Assembly (NCBI GenBank): GCA_002269645.1
Contig: NIVC01004488.1
Span: 1 to 44,407, forward strand
DNA: 44,407 nt
From: Macrostomum lignano
Taxonomy: Eukaryota
Direction: 5' to 3'
Positions 1-13,198 of the stretch are shown in pieces (within the stretch, counting starts at the first letter, position 1; each line of letters opens with the position of its first letter). Position numbers and translations under genes: made by a program. The notes beneath the pieces were generated by a model. It did not search any database. It was not told the origin of the DNA and was given only the letters and a program-made list of their open reading frames with translations.

Positions 1-9
1 GCAAAATTT

Positions 10-160
10 TAATCTGCAACTCCCTCCAAATCTGCAACTCTTTCAAAATCTGCATATCCCTCAAAATCTGCATATCCCTCAAATCTGCATATCCCTCAAA
101 ATCTGCATATCCCTCAAAATCTGCAACTCCCTCAAAATCTGCAACCCCATCAAAATCCGC
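10..160. repeat. 18-bp minisatellite (TCAAAATCTGCATATCCC, ~8 copies) in an SLC7 intron
   Basis: Unit starts at 43, 61 and 79; the variants are visible directly. Confidence 0.85.
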
Positions 161-239
161 AACGATTAACGTCAACATTCACGTTCGTCAACACTTAAAA
201 CTGAATGAAATCAGATGCCGCAGCCCCAGTCCAACTCAC

Positions 240-3200
240 GAAGGCAGCAGGCGGCCAGCAGTCGAGATGGCCACAGCGGCACATCGCAGCTGATGTAGGC
301 CAATTTCAGCGCGTAACGGGCGAATATCAAGGACACAACCGCTTGGGCAGTAGGTCGAATAATCATAACGTTGATCTGCGAAATGTGTAAAAAATTAAAT
401 CACTAATTAATTGAATAAATGTTTATGATTTTATTTAACGAACATCTAAACTTAATCCTAATGTTTAATGTTGGATAGGCGCCTGAATGTTAAATTGGCG
501 CCGCTACCTATGGAAATGGCGCCACTTTAGGGTTCATAGACAGGACAGGTGAGAAAATGGTGCTTCAGTGTTGGATAGGAATTGGCGAAACTTTATAATT
601 TCATTGACAGGATGAATAGGAGAAATGGACCTCAATGTTGGATTGAAGCTGGCGCCTCAATGTTGGATTGAAGCTGGCGCCTCAATGTTGGATTGAAGCT
701 GGCGCCTCAATGTTGGATAGGAATTGGCGAAACTTTATAATTTCATTGACAGGATGAATAGGAGAAATGGACCTCAATGTTGGATTGAAGCTGGCGCCTC
801 AATGTTGAATTGAAGCTGGCGCCTCAATGTTGGATTGAAGCTGGCGCCTCAATGTTGGATTGAAGCTGGCGCCTCAATGTTGGATAGGAATTGGCGCCTC
901 AATGTTGAATTGGAATTGGCGCCTCAATGTTGAATTGAAGCTGGCGCCTCAATGTTGGATTGAAGCTGGTGCCTCAATGTTGGATTGAAGCTGGTTCCTC
1001 AATGTTGGATTGAAGCTGGTTCCTCAATGTTGGATTGAAGCTGGCGCCTCAATGTTGGATTGGAGCTGGCGCCTCAATGTTGTATTGGAATTGGCGCCTC
1101 AATGTTGGATAGGAATTGGCGCCTCAATGTTGGATTGGAGCTGGCGCGTCAATGTTGGATTGAAGCTGGCGCCTCAATGTTGGATTGAAGCTGGCGCCTC
1201 AATGTTGGATTGAAGCTGGCGCCTCAATGTTGGATTGAAGCTGGCGCCTCAATGTTGGATAGGAATTGGCGCCTCAATGTTGAATTGGAATTGGCGCCTC
1301 AATGTTGAATTGAAGCTGGCGCCTCAATGTTGGATTGAAGCTGGTGCCTCAATGTTGGATTGAAGCTGGTTCCTCAATGTTGGATTGAAGCTGGTTCCTC
1401 AATGTTGGATTGAAGCTGGCGCCTCAATGTTGGATTGGAGCTGGCGCCTCAATGTTGTATTGGAATTGGCGCCTCAATGTTGGATAGGAATTGGCACCTC
1501 AATGTTGAATTGGAATTGGCGCCTCAATGTTGAATTGAAGCTGGCGCGTCAATGTTGGATTGAAGCTGGCGCCTCAATGTTGGATTGAAGCTGGTTCCTC
1601 AATGTTGGATTGAAGCTGGTGCCTCAATGTTGGATTGAAGCTGGCGCCTCAATGTTGGATAGGAATTGGCGCCTCAATGTTGAATTGGAATTGGCGCCTC
1701 AATGTTGAATTGAAGCTGGCGCCTCAATGTTGGATTGAAGCTGGCGCCTCAATGTTGGATTGAAGCTGGTGCCTCAATGTTGGATTGAAGCTGGTTCCTC
1801 AATGTTGGATTGAAGCTGGCGCCTCAATGTTGGATTGGAGCTGGCGCCTCAATGTTGTATTGGAATTGGCGCCTCAATGTTGGATAGGAATTGGCGCCTC
1901 AATGTTGAATTGGAATTGGCGCCTCAATGTTGGATTGAAGCTGGTTCCTCAATGTTGGATTGAAGCTGGCGCCTCAATGTTGGATTGAAGCTGGTTCCTC
2001 AATGTTGGATTGAAGCTGGTTCCTCAATGTTGGATTGAAGCTGGCGCCTCAATGTTGGATTGGAGCTGGCGCCTCAATGTTGTATTGGAATTGGCGCCTC
2101 AATGTTGGATAGGAATTGGCGCCTCAATGTTGAATTGGAATTGGCGCCTCAATGTTGGATTGAAGCTGGTTCCTCAATGTTGGATTGAAGCTGGCGCCTC
2201 AATGTTGTATTGGAATTGGCGCCTCAATGTTGGATAGGAATTGGCGCCTCAATGTTGAATTGGAATTGGCGCCTCAATGTTGAATTGAAGCTGGCGCGTC
2301 AATGTTGGATTGAAGCTGGCGCCTCAATGTTGGATTGAAGCTGGCGCCTCAATGTTGGATTAAAGCTGGCGCCTCAATGTTGGATTGAAGCTGGTGCCTC
2401 AATGTTGGATAGGAATTGGCGCCTCAATGTTGGATAGGAATTGGCGCCTCAATGTTGAATTGGAATTGGCGCCTCAATGTTGAATTGAAGCTAGCGCCTC
2501 AATGTTGGATTGAAGCTGGCGCCTCAATGTTGGATTGGAGCTGGCGCCTCAATGTTGTATTGGAATTGGCGCCTCAATGTTGGATAGGAATTGGCGCCTC
2601 AATGTTGAATTGGAATTGGCGCCTCAATGTTGGATTGAAGCTGGCGCCTCAATGTTGGATAGGAATTGGCGCCTCAATGTTGAATTGGAATTGGCGCCTC
2701 AATGTTGAATTGAAGCTGGCGCCTCAATGTTGGATTGAAGCTGGCGCCTCAATGTTGGATTGAAGCTGGCGCCTCAATGTTGGATTGAAGCTGGCGCCTC
2801 AATGTTGGATTGGAGCTGGCGCCTCAATGTTGGATAGGAATTGGCGCCTCAATGTTGGATAGGAATTGGCGCCTCAATGTTGGATTGGAGCTGGCGCTAA
2901 ATTATAGTTTCATTGACAGGATGGGTTTGGAAATGGAAACCCCAATATTAAAGCAGCAACACTGCAACAGAAAAAAGTAAAAAATGAGCTCTTGGTTGCA
3001 TGTTAAATGAAGGATACAATTCATAAATTGACAGGAGTCATACCCATTCATTATTATCGGCAATCCGTGACCCCACACTGTCTTTAAAAACCCTCCCAGC
3101 AACCCTCTTTCTCTCTGTAAGTCCTTCATATAGATGACGAAACGCATTTGCTTGGATGGCCTTGAGCTTCTCTAGACAAGCAGAGCAAGCGGACAGAGAG

Positions 3201-4574
3201 AGAGAGGAGAGGTTAGAAAAACTTTGGGAACTGAATTGGACAGACAATTCACACAAAAGCTGTACGCGTGTCTATCTTAGCTACTATGTAGATTCTCTGA
3301 ATGAACAGCCCCGCCCCCACACACACACACTTAGTTAGGCCAACACCATGACTACGGTGAGAGCAGCCCCTGCCATAAATAGACAACCTGGCGCACTCAA
3401 CAGACAGGCCTTCGTACAGGGTTAACGTTGTCACGTGCTTCCGCCAATTCTCGAAATAATTTTCATTCAATTCTGTTTATTTGCTTATAATAAGCAGTTA
3501 AAGAAAATAAAAAATATAGAGAGACAGTTATTTACTGTTTTGATGGTAAAAGCTTTAAAATAACTTAACCTTCTCTCTAATAATAAGTGAATTTCCAATT
3601 TCGTAAGCACCTTGTTGACAGCTTAACAGTTGACACCTTGTTGCCTTATCTCACCAAGTGTGCCACTCCTTGTTGACAGCTACCTACAATCTCACAGAGT
3701 GTGTCACTCCTTGTTGACAGCTACCTCCAATCTCCCCAAGTGTCACTCCTGTTGACAGCTACCTCCAATCTCCCCAAGTGTCACTCCTGTTGACAGCTAC
3801 CTCCAATCTCCCCAAGTGTGTCACTCCTTGTTGACAGCTGCCTACAATCTCCCCAAGTGTGTCAATCCTTGTTGACAGCTGCCTACAATCTCCCCAAGTG
3901 TGTCAATCCTTGTTGACAGCTGCCTACAATCTCCCCAAGTGTGTCAATCCTTGTTGACAGCTGCCTACAATCTCCCCAAGTGTGTCAATCCTTGTTGACA
4001 GCTGCCTACAATCTCCCCAAGTGTGTCAATCCTTGTTGACAGCTACCTACAATCTACCAAAGTGTCTCTCCCGTGTTGAAAACTAAAAAGATAACATTGA
4101 CTACAATATGATCAGCAATCTTACCCAGAGCTGCAGAAACCCGGCCAAGTTGCCAAAGGCAATCTTGATGTAGGCATAGTCTCCGCCACTCTCGGTGATG
4201 GTAGTGCCCAGTTCAGCATAGCACAGGGCTCCAACCATGGACACAATGCCGCCAAGACTCCATGCAATCAGGGAGAAGCCAATCTATTCATTGGATAGAA
4301 AATGTATAGTTTAGATTTATGCACAATAAAAATATCAATAATAATGCAACTAAAAACTTACAGAGCCTTCACAATGCTTTAAAACACCAGTTGGAGTAAG
4401 GAAGATTCCAGATCCAATGATGCAGCCAATAATAATGTTGATACCACTTATAAGTCCAATTTCTCGCTTTAGCTCAATGGTTTGACTACCATTACCATCT
4501 TTATCAGATGCAGTACTACCATCAGCATTGGCCTTGGCAGCTTCAGCTTTATTGTTGCCCTTTTTTGAGGACAT
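240..4574 (-). CDS. SLC7 (LAT/HAT-type, APC superfamily) amino-acid transporter light chain, 5' part. Coding exons 4574-4362, 4283-4125 and 375-240; the gene continues past the window start
   Basis: Manual splicing across GT-AG introns (both phase 0) gives MSSKKGNN...[38 protein letters not shown]|[53 protein letters not shown]|[45 protein letters not shown]. It carries the SLC7 motifs [19 protein letters not shown] and IIRP. A GTGAGT donor follows position 240. An acceptor at 4585-4586 just upstream of the ATG implies an upstream non-coding exon. Confidence 0.93.
630..2898. repeat. 25-bp minisatellite (TGTTGGATTGAAGCTGGCGCCTCAA, ~90 copies) in an SLC7 intron
   Basis: The 25-bp period is visible directly (661, 686, ...), with variant units GGAATTGGCGCC and GGTTCC. 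It explains the repetitive + strand ORFs at 1010-2763. Confidence 0.97.
3620..4080. repeat. ~41-bp minisatellite (GTTGACAGCTGCCTACAATCTCCCCAAGTGTGTCAATCCTT, ~11 copies) in an SLC7 intron
   Basis: Period 41 (3841, 3882, ...), with shorter degenerate units at the left end. Confidence 0.92.
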
Positions 4575-7500
4575 TTAACTTTGCCTAAAAAATTAAGATT
4601 AATGGCAATAATTTAGCATATTATTTGTATTTAGTATATGAATGGTTCAAAAGATATTTCTATTTTTAACAGAAAAATCATTCAGTTGATTACTTAAATC
4701 TAAAAATTAAAACTAATTTTAGGCTTTTTATTTTAACAAGAATTTACTTAAATCATAAGTTTTAATTCTCAAGTCTAAATTAATAAGAAAGTTAAGAAAC
4801 TGAATTCTAAAAATAATTGGAAACTAAAAACAATAACAAAGATTTTTTATCCCTGCCAGATAAAATTAGATTTTTGTGTTATACAAATGAAAATGAGAAA
4901 AATAATAACTTAGTATGACTAAGAAAAATATTAATCTTTAATCAAGAACAGTTCATAATTTATTAAAAACGAGAATCATTTTTAAAGACAGTTATTATAA
5001 AATAACGCAATGCATAATAAGCATGTTTAGAATACTTACGGGATAGTAAAATGTTTTTTGACAATGCAGTTATGTAGTTATGTGAGTCTTAAAATAGTGA
5101 AGTTAAGACCTTTGACCAATCGTGAACTATAATAGATAGTGGACGGCGTGCGTGGCGATAGGGGCAAAGTCAAAACGAGGGCATCGCGAGTTTACACCAT
5201 TCAAACTTTGTAATACCAAATTGTATCTGTTTTCTAATGAGTATGGCCGGTTAAATCTTGCATTAAACTGTGAATTATAAATAATTTTACTACAATCTAA
5301 GTAAAATTAGTCTTTTTCGCTCCTCTAAAAGACAAAATATGTCTTTTTCAGCGATAATTTTTTTGGCGGAAATTCAACCACGTTGAACACGTGTGAAAAA
5401 AATTCTATATAATTTACAAATTATATAGGGCTAAAAGAAGGGCTAAAAATGTAGGAATTAATATAGATGGTGAAAGTTTTGAGTTAATTTGCATTAAATG
5501 CATGCATGAGTAATGCTTTATTTGTATAAACCTTACTGTGGTTCGAATATTCTTCGTTTTGGTAGTAAACATTGATTATGACATCCCACCTATATGCTCA
5601 TATGAGAATATGTTAAAAACTAATCTAAATTGATGTATCCAATTGGATTATTCACTTTTACATTTTAGAAAATAATTTAGCATAAAATCGATGCTTTTTA
5701 TTGAAAAAGCCTAATATATTACTTATTGTATAACATTCTATAACAATATAAAAATACTTTTTAATAGTTAGAGAGCACAAAGTGATTTTCTCCAGTAGTC
5801 TGTTACATCAAAATGAATAATTGCCAGCTTTTAGAATTGAAATATGTTATTACACACATATTAAGCTTGAAGCATTTTTTTCTTTACTAAATGGTACTCT
5901 TTGTTGGCTCTTAAATGCTATAAATGTTAGTTTTTGTCATGATTTTTTTCTCCGGAAGCCTACTGTGTGGAGCATGTACAATGAAAAGCTTAGATATTTC
6001 ATCAAGGCACTGCAAAGAACCCTATAAAGAAGCATTTTTTTGGCTTTGCAGCAGGGACAACCTAATATAATTTTATTGCCATTTAATGTATAATTTGTAA
6101 TGAATTAGGCTTTAGTTATTTTTAATGATAGTTATTATGCTTATTTCATACTGAATAAGTTGAGGTAAATTTTGTAAAAATTACTTTAAACATCTTTTTA
6201 TTGACCATCAATTAAAACTTTTTATGACTAGCAATTCTAGTCTAAGATCACCAGATTAATCAGATTTCACTTACTAACACCAAATAATCAGGTCTGATTG
6301 ACTTTAAATTTACTTTAAATTCATTGGTCTGCTTAACTGACATCAGATTTACCTAGGATCAATAATTTTGGGGCATCATGAAGGTTATAGCATTGTAACA
6401 GACTATGTAATCATGCTTAAATAACTTGGAACTCATAATTTAATATCTTGAAATCTGCATGGTGCTAGAATCCTATTGGAATAGAAAGAAGACAGCAAAA
6501 AATACAGACAAAGCGTTCACTCATTATCTCTCTAATAATAAAATGTTCATCTCCACAGATGTACCTTTCAGCTGTTCGGAAACGGAATGAAAATAAAAAT
6601 CGCTACAAATCGCTACACGCAGCAACAACTTGTGTCGACATAATTGACAACCATTGTAGAGAACCCCACCTCTTATGTTCGGCGGGTAGTCGATCAGAAT
6701 CCAGTCTGGCGCATCGCTGCAAGTTGGACTCTGTCACTCAGCTTTGTTCGACACAAGCAGATTTTGAGCACAGTCTGGCAGTATGCTGCACTTCAGTTTC
6801 AGCAGGGCCAATCTGAGCTGCTCGAGCAGAGTTTGAGAACACTGGCAGTATGTGCTGCCTTATTTTCACTTTTACGTTGCAATTTGGCCTCTTTTGTATC
6901 GACTTTTCTGCGTTCGCTCTGGCATGAGAGTACGAGCCCTCTTCAGCGTGGTAGCGTTGTAACGTTCTAGCTTTGAAAGCTAGGATGCTTTTATTTTAAC
7001 TATAGCATACTCCTTATACAATTAATAAGTGCTTTTTAAGCTCAACCAGCTATGTACCTGTGATGTGTGGCTGCCAGCAGCCACGTATTAGTTTATGGGT
7101 ATATGCTTGGCTTACAGACCCACAATTGATAGACTGCAGGAACAAGCGCGAAACGATTGACGAGCTCTTGCTTAATTTCAACAAATATACGAGTAAACGA
7201 ACCTACGATTTAAAACACGACTTCCCAAACACATTGATCTGATAATAAAAAGTTTTATTAATAAAGCAGCATCAGCTCAAATATTTTAATCTATGGCCAT
7301 GGACGTATAGAGCAGTCTGCACAGACCAGAACAGAAAATCAATATGGCTACCTCAAGAAGGGTAAAAAAGATATCTGGGTGGGGGGCATGGTTATGCTCC
7401 TATCCAAACAGTTTCAATACAAATATGAATCTCACAGAGCTCTAAATGAAGCTCTTAATGCCTCTTGATTTAGTGAAAAAGATGAACAGGCAACAGAAAT

Positions 7501-9687
7501 AGGTTTTAGAATTTTTAGGCACAAGTAATAAATTCCTGAAGCAGAAGTTTTATTAACTTAAATGCAAAACAAGATTTTTGGTATAGCCACTAGGCCCATA
7601 CAATAAAACACACTATAACACATAAGGTTCTAAAAAGGTGTGTCTTGTGGTCTGAGAGAAAATGTAGGCCACATAGCCACCAGAATCTTGGGTGCCAGAA
7701 TCCAAAAGTAGCAGCGCAGCACCTGAACCAGTTGTGGGCAGAAGTGGCCTGCTAGGTGCAGGAGTCGCCAACATTGCAACAGGTTGCTCAGACAGATCAG
7801 GTTGGTTCATGGAGAAAGCACTAGACTCACTCAACCAAATGTAAAGGTAACATACAGCAAGTCCACCAGTTTCATTGTTTAAGTAAGGCCTCAGGTTTAG
7901 AGCTCAGAATGAAAGGCATATCATAAAATGCAGCTGAGAAGATCTCCTGGCATGGCATGAATTAAAGTGAAAAACATTTAACATATTTTACTTACATTTA
8001 AGTCTAAAAAACTTCTACTAAAGCAAGTTAAGAATTTATTGGTATATTAAATATACAATAGTATAAAAGGAAACACTCCTGCTAGGCATTTAAAGCCAGT
8101 TTGTAAACAATAAAATATATAATAAAATAATGCTATATTCTAATTTTTAAAAAGCAAATATATCAGGTTTTGCATTTTTAACTTTTAACATGTTCCAAGT
8201 TCTTAAAGCTCATAATGTGAGTTATAAATGAAATAAATGTAACAAATAATGCAAATGAAAACATATTGCAATTATACATTTTAAAGAATAGTGCAAGTCA
8301 CATTTTATATAGCTTTTTACATTGCAAATTATATGAAACTAGAAAGTTAAAGTTTAAAAAAAGTTATTACCTGTTTTACTTGCTACTTGTTAATTATTTA
8401 GCAATTTAAATTATATATATACTTAAAAGTTCATAGTGATGGCTATAATAAACAGTATCATTATCAGTAATCATAAGGTAGATTATCACTTAGCTAAGGC
8501 CCAATGGCTTATGTAAAAAAGCATTTATCAGTTTCGAAGTAATTCTAAGCTGTAAAGCTGTACAAAATTTTATATTTACATTATATTTTTTATTACTACG
8601 TCATTAGCAAAAAATCAAATAGGCCTAAGACACGGACAGTTAAATATAAATAGCAATCTGAACTAGACGACAAATTATGCCTCAGAACAAAAATATAGTT
8701 AAACAAGAGCGTGGGTGGATAAAGCTATTTTATAAAAAAACTTGATAGACACATTTATTTGTCATTCTATTCAGTAAAATTATTTAAACCTCAGTCTCAT
8801 GAGTCATTTGCCTATTCATAAGCCGTGGCTTATAAAATAAAGCATATATCTAGAATCCTCGATCGATTATTGTTCATAAATTAGATAAGCAGAAAATTGA
8901 TGCTAGACGTTTGCAATGCTTGAAATACAGAAGTCAGTAATCAATATCTAAATCTCATATTTAATTCAATCCAAAAAAGTTTGCTGATATTTCACATCCG
9001 TAAGAAGAACCAGGCCAAACATCAATAATAAAGTACTTATTAACATGAAACTGATAACTAAATTAACGAGAGTATTTCAGAACACAAACAGGCGCGACGT
9101 AAACAAAGTAAGCAGTTTAACAAAATCCAGCTTAATATTTATTTAAAAAATATCTATTGCGATATTTACCTATTTTTTTCAGATAAAAACTACTTTTACG
9201 GGTTTGTATAAAACATTTATTTTTAGAATACTATATTTAGTTTCTGATTCTGCGTTCGTACAGTTCCGTAATAGTAAAGATTAACAAATGGGTAGGAAAT
9301 TTATTAAGAGGTGTATTTTGTGCTTTAAAAATGTTTTTTTGAGACCTATATTTTTATATTACTTAACGGAAATATAAAAAATTGTATAAAAAATTACCAA
9401 TTGAAACAACAAATTTTTTTCTACATTTTCTGACTCCCCAGTTTTGACTTTAACCGGATAAAGAGCGCGCTTATATAAGTTGAAATTTTGCAAACATTGT
9501 TGACTAAATGAGTAAAAAGCTAAGTAAGCTGAGCTACTTAGCTTTAAAAAAGTTAATTTAAAGTGAGATTAATTTTTCTTTACTTACATTGGCTAAATAT
9601 AATAATACTATAACTGTATTTTTGTTCTAACTAATGATTCGTTGTAAAACCGGATGACAGAAACTGAGGATTGTCTGTAAGGCAGTT

Positions 9688-9772
9688 TTTTTACGCTTTA
9701 TTTTTACTTTACTTTATTTTTTTACTTTACTTTACTTTACTTTACTTTACTTTTACTTTATTTTATTTTTAC
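9688..9772. repeat. (TTTAC)n-like simple repeat
   Basis: Seen directly. Confidence 0.7.
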
Positions 9773-10616
9773 GCTAAGCAATTTTATACGCTTTTACGTA
9801 CACATTGATTGAGCTCTATGACTGTGAATGTTTAAGTATCGGAGCCGTATTGTTGCATGTAAAAAATATCCGTGTATCATCTGTTGTATATAAACATACA
9901 AGGGCATGTGTTGATGTGGAGGGCAGTACATGTAACACAGGTTAATGTACGTAGTTTAATTTTTCTAGCAGTTGTTTTAAAATATTTTGATCCTTTTACC
10001 TGTTAATATAAAGCAAACGAAGAAACACGAAGATAATAATTTAATTAATTCCGACAACCTACACGCACATATACTCCGAGTACTACTAGGATACAGTCTG
10101 CTTAATAAAACACCGAATTTTCACTTGTTTCCTCTTTCACAGCACAATAAATGAAATGGCTTTTGTTTTCGCTTGGTAAACCTTCAAGACCTTACATGGA
10201 AAATTAATTAGGTACACGCACAAGTATCGATAACACATCTCATTATAAAATTGGCTTCATATTTCCATATCTGGTGCGATTGAAGCCTTCCAATTTGTTT
10301 ATCATTATTGTTGCGTTATATGAAGGATAAAAAGCAGATCTGAAAAAGCAGATCTTCAGGCTTGAGTGACAGGTGTAAAGTATGCAGTAGACAGCAGCAT
10401 TAAAAACGAGCCAGCCCTACTAGACCCAGTGAGCGAGATTTGGAAAATCTTGTGTCTTTTTGCAGTGGTAGTAAGCTGAAGTCAATCGCTCTGCAAATGC
10501 TCTGGGATTTCGGTTTTCAATGTTGCTGAGTATAAGTACATGTTACAGGCTTTCTGCAATATTTCAAACCATTTTCGTGCAATTGAAGTTTAACTAACAA
10601 TGCAAGATAAGGTTTG

Positions 10617-11200
10617 CAGTGGCTGATCCAGAATTTTTTCTCGGGTGTCAGCTGACCCCTGATCTTGACCCCCCCCCTGGATCCTTCAGTTGTTGTTGTT
10701 AAACGGCCGGGTGGGAAGCCGGGAGCTACCCGCGGATCAGCTCTGCCGCTGAGGTGCACAACCAGAGGCATATAGCCCGAGATACCCCGAGGTTGGACCC
10801 TGACGTCTGGGCCAGAGGAATCCGCCAACCCCAAGCCTTATGGACTAAGACACCGCCAACCCAACTTGTGGAATCAGAGACGATGCTAAGACCGAGTCCA
10901 CCCAAGCCACCACCCAGCGAACAAGTCCCGGGAGTGCGCGAAAAAAGAATTGGAAAATGTTTGGGTTACTATACTGAAAAGCGGTCCGAGAGCGGGGAGA
11001 CCCCGAAGTCTACGGAAATGGCTTAATTTTGGAGTGAGTCTGGAAGGCTTGTTTCCGAGGCCCCTGGATCCTTCAGTTAAAGCTCCGAGCTTGAGATACT
11101 TTTAACTATATAACAACGAGAGAGCAAACGAAAAGAGGGTTCATTACCCCTAATTTTATTGGAGGGTCAGTCGACCCCTTGACCCCTGGATAGACCAGTG
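10617..11200. mobile_element. Degenerate MITE-like host element interrupted by the retroposon above
   Basis: The ends CAGTGGCTGATCCAG (10617-10631) and CTGGATAGACCAGTG (11186-11200) match 11/15 as inverted repeats. A GGGT..CAG..GACCCC..TTGACCCC..TGGAT motif occurs near both ends. Confidence 0.35.
10692..11060 (-). mobile_element. 369-bp retroposon (5'-truncated LINE 3' end or SINE) with an (AAC)n tail and an 18-bp target-site duplication
   Basis: CCCCTGGATCCTTCAGTT is identical at 10674-10691 and 11061-11078. The - strand 3' end reads ...CGGCCGTTTAACAACAAC and runs into the TSD. Confidence 0.75.
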
Positions 11201-11759
11201 GAAGTTGCAATGTACTTTTCCTTACTTTTTACGCATTACAGTATCAAAAATAACGAAGTGCAGCACCCAAAGGCTGACAACACGAAGCAGAGGCACGAAG
11301 ACCTTATACAGCCGAAGAGAATCCGAACAGCATTAGAGCAACTGCAGCATCTTTCTCGTCATTGAACAATGGATTTGCGAAAAATGTATACCTGTTGAGT
11401 ATGCCAGTCAATTCTCAGTTGAGCAGCTAAATTTATTGTCGATATTTCGATTGACAAAACAATAGAGAGAAGCTTTTAGAGTGGAACGCATGCCATTTGC
11501 TGCTAACTGAAAATATGTATGCTTGCAGCTCTGTTTGTGAGTAAATTTGCTAGCATTTTATAACATTTTGTTGTCTTGCATTGCATACGAGCGTAGACCT
11601 TTTACCCAGACACAATGGCAAGCCAAAATGGTATCTCGAGCGTATTTCCATGCAGCAACACCACAGGCAGAAGTTTTCAATTGATACTTGTAAGAGCTGG
11701 TACAGTTGTCCAGTTTAGAATTTTTGTCAAAATTTTTAGACTTAGCGCTATCATCTTAT

Positions 11760-12240
11760 CTGATTGTCCACTTCAACTGTCCCTCTGCACGACAATGGCC
11801 TCTCGGCCGGTATGGCTGCTTTTTGCAAGGCATCATCACCTCCAGGGAAAATTCGCTGTCAGGAATGCCCATTCTGCCTCTCCGGTGTTGAGAATGCGGA
11901 GCACTTCATCTGTGACTGCCCCGCCTTTACTCGGGAAAGGCTCATCTACCTCGGCTCAAACCTGGACCTCTCCGACGGTTTCAGGCCCGAGATTCTCTAC
12001 CAGCTCGTCCGCTACCTAAGGGCTACCGGGCGAGCGACCATTTGCGGACACCGGCACCACCGGATCTCCCTGCGCGACACCGCAGCACCACCACCTGCGC
12101 GCAGCGCAGCACCGTCACCCGTGGTCGCCAGGAGTTAGCGGAATGGGCGGCGAAGCCTTCCCGCTGTATCCGGATGCCCGGAACCCCCTGCAGCTGAGTC
12201 AAGTCCCTCTGTACGCTTAATACTGAATCAAATGTACATC
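11760..12240 (+). mobile_element. 3' fragment of a non-LTR retrotransposon (C-terminal CCHC zinc knuckle plus 3' UTR)
   Basis: ECPFCLSGVENAEHFICDCPAFTRERLIYLG matches the CxxC...E..EH...CP.F...R knuckle found at the end of LINE ORF2 proteins. Stop at 12138. Confidence 0.7.
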
Positions 12241-12339
12241 ATACGAGCGTAGTCTCTGCCCAAGTGCATGACTAATCAGTTCACCCACGAAGTCTCTCTC
12301 TTCCAATCAAATCCTTATTTCAACAACAACAAAATACAC

Positions 12340-13198
12340 TGTCAGCCAGTCAGGCCTGAGACAACGTCACAGGGTGCGTTTCAGGGCCTGGGCGCGAACG
12401 TAGTCCGCACCGCCGGCAGTGTCCATGGCGCCGGCATCAGCCAGCAGGCAGTCGACGAAACGCCGAGTGCACGCCTGCTTGCGTGAGCAATAGCATCTCC
12501 TGCACCGGCTGTGGGCAGTACGACTCGGCTCGGATGATTTGGCCTGCCAGCTGGAGTCGCCGATGGCGCAACAGTTCGCTGGGACAGGACAGGACGGTGC
12601 GGCGATAGAGCGCCGCATTGATGGCGTGCTCGTAGCCGCAATCCTGAAGTCGGCGCGCAGCAGGGCGCATCGACCTGCTGTTCGAGCGAATCTGTTAGCG
12701 TCCAGGTCTCGGCGTAGTACAGCAGGACGGTCTCGATCACCGCCCCGAACAACGCCGCCCTCTGGCGGTCAGGCAGGGCCTCGGACTGCAGGACAGCCGT
12801 CACGGAACGGAAGGAAGCACAGACAAGTCCACGGTGACGTCGCAAGTCCTCGCGAACGTCAGGTACCAGACCGCCAAGGTAGACAAACTGCTGACAGCGC
12901 GGAAGCCTCGTAGCCTTACAGTCAGCGCCTCGGCAGAAAATAGCAGCCTCGATGTCGTCCGGCACGCAGAGCACTAAGGTCTTTTGCGGTTGACCACCAG
13001 GCCAACGCTCGCCGCAACGCTCACCAGCTGGCGCTGAGCGCCCTCGACGGTCGAGGACAGCAGGGCGAGATCTTCAGCGTAGCCAAGCACGCTGAGCCGC
13101 CTCTCTGGTTGACGTCGACTCACGCGTCGCCGCAACAGAAAGCCGTCGTCGTTGGTAGGAATAGCCGTCCGCAGCACCCAGTCAAGCACCAAATTGCT
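12340..13198 (-). mobile_element. 5'-truncated, decayed RTE-like LINE (reverse-transcriptase C-terminal half)
   Basis: LVLDWVLR...LSVLGYAEDLALLS (YADD degraded to YAED), VGLVVNRK, FVYLGG, ETVLLYYAETWTLT, RRLQLAGQIIR. There is a frameshift near 12974 and a deletion near 12480. Stop at 12367. Confidence 0.88.

Noticed and set aside
1010-2763. Repetitive + strand ORFs ([14 protein letters not shown]...), and a CRISPR-like look of the array
   Set aside because: They are translations of a 25-bp intronic minisatellite antisense to SLC7. The units abut with no unique spacers, the context is eukaryotic, and no cas genes are present.
5821-7834. Short ORFs in the AT-rich region upstream of SLC7 (e.g. 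6644-6970 +, 7613-7834 -)
   Set aside because: No motifs, no consistent exon chain. They may be unrecognisable repeat remnants.
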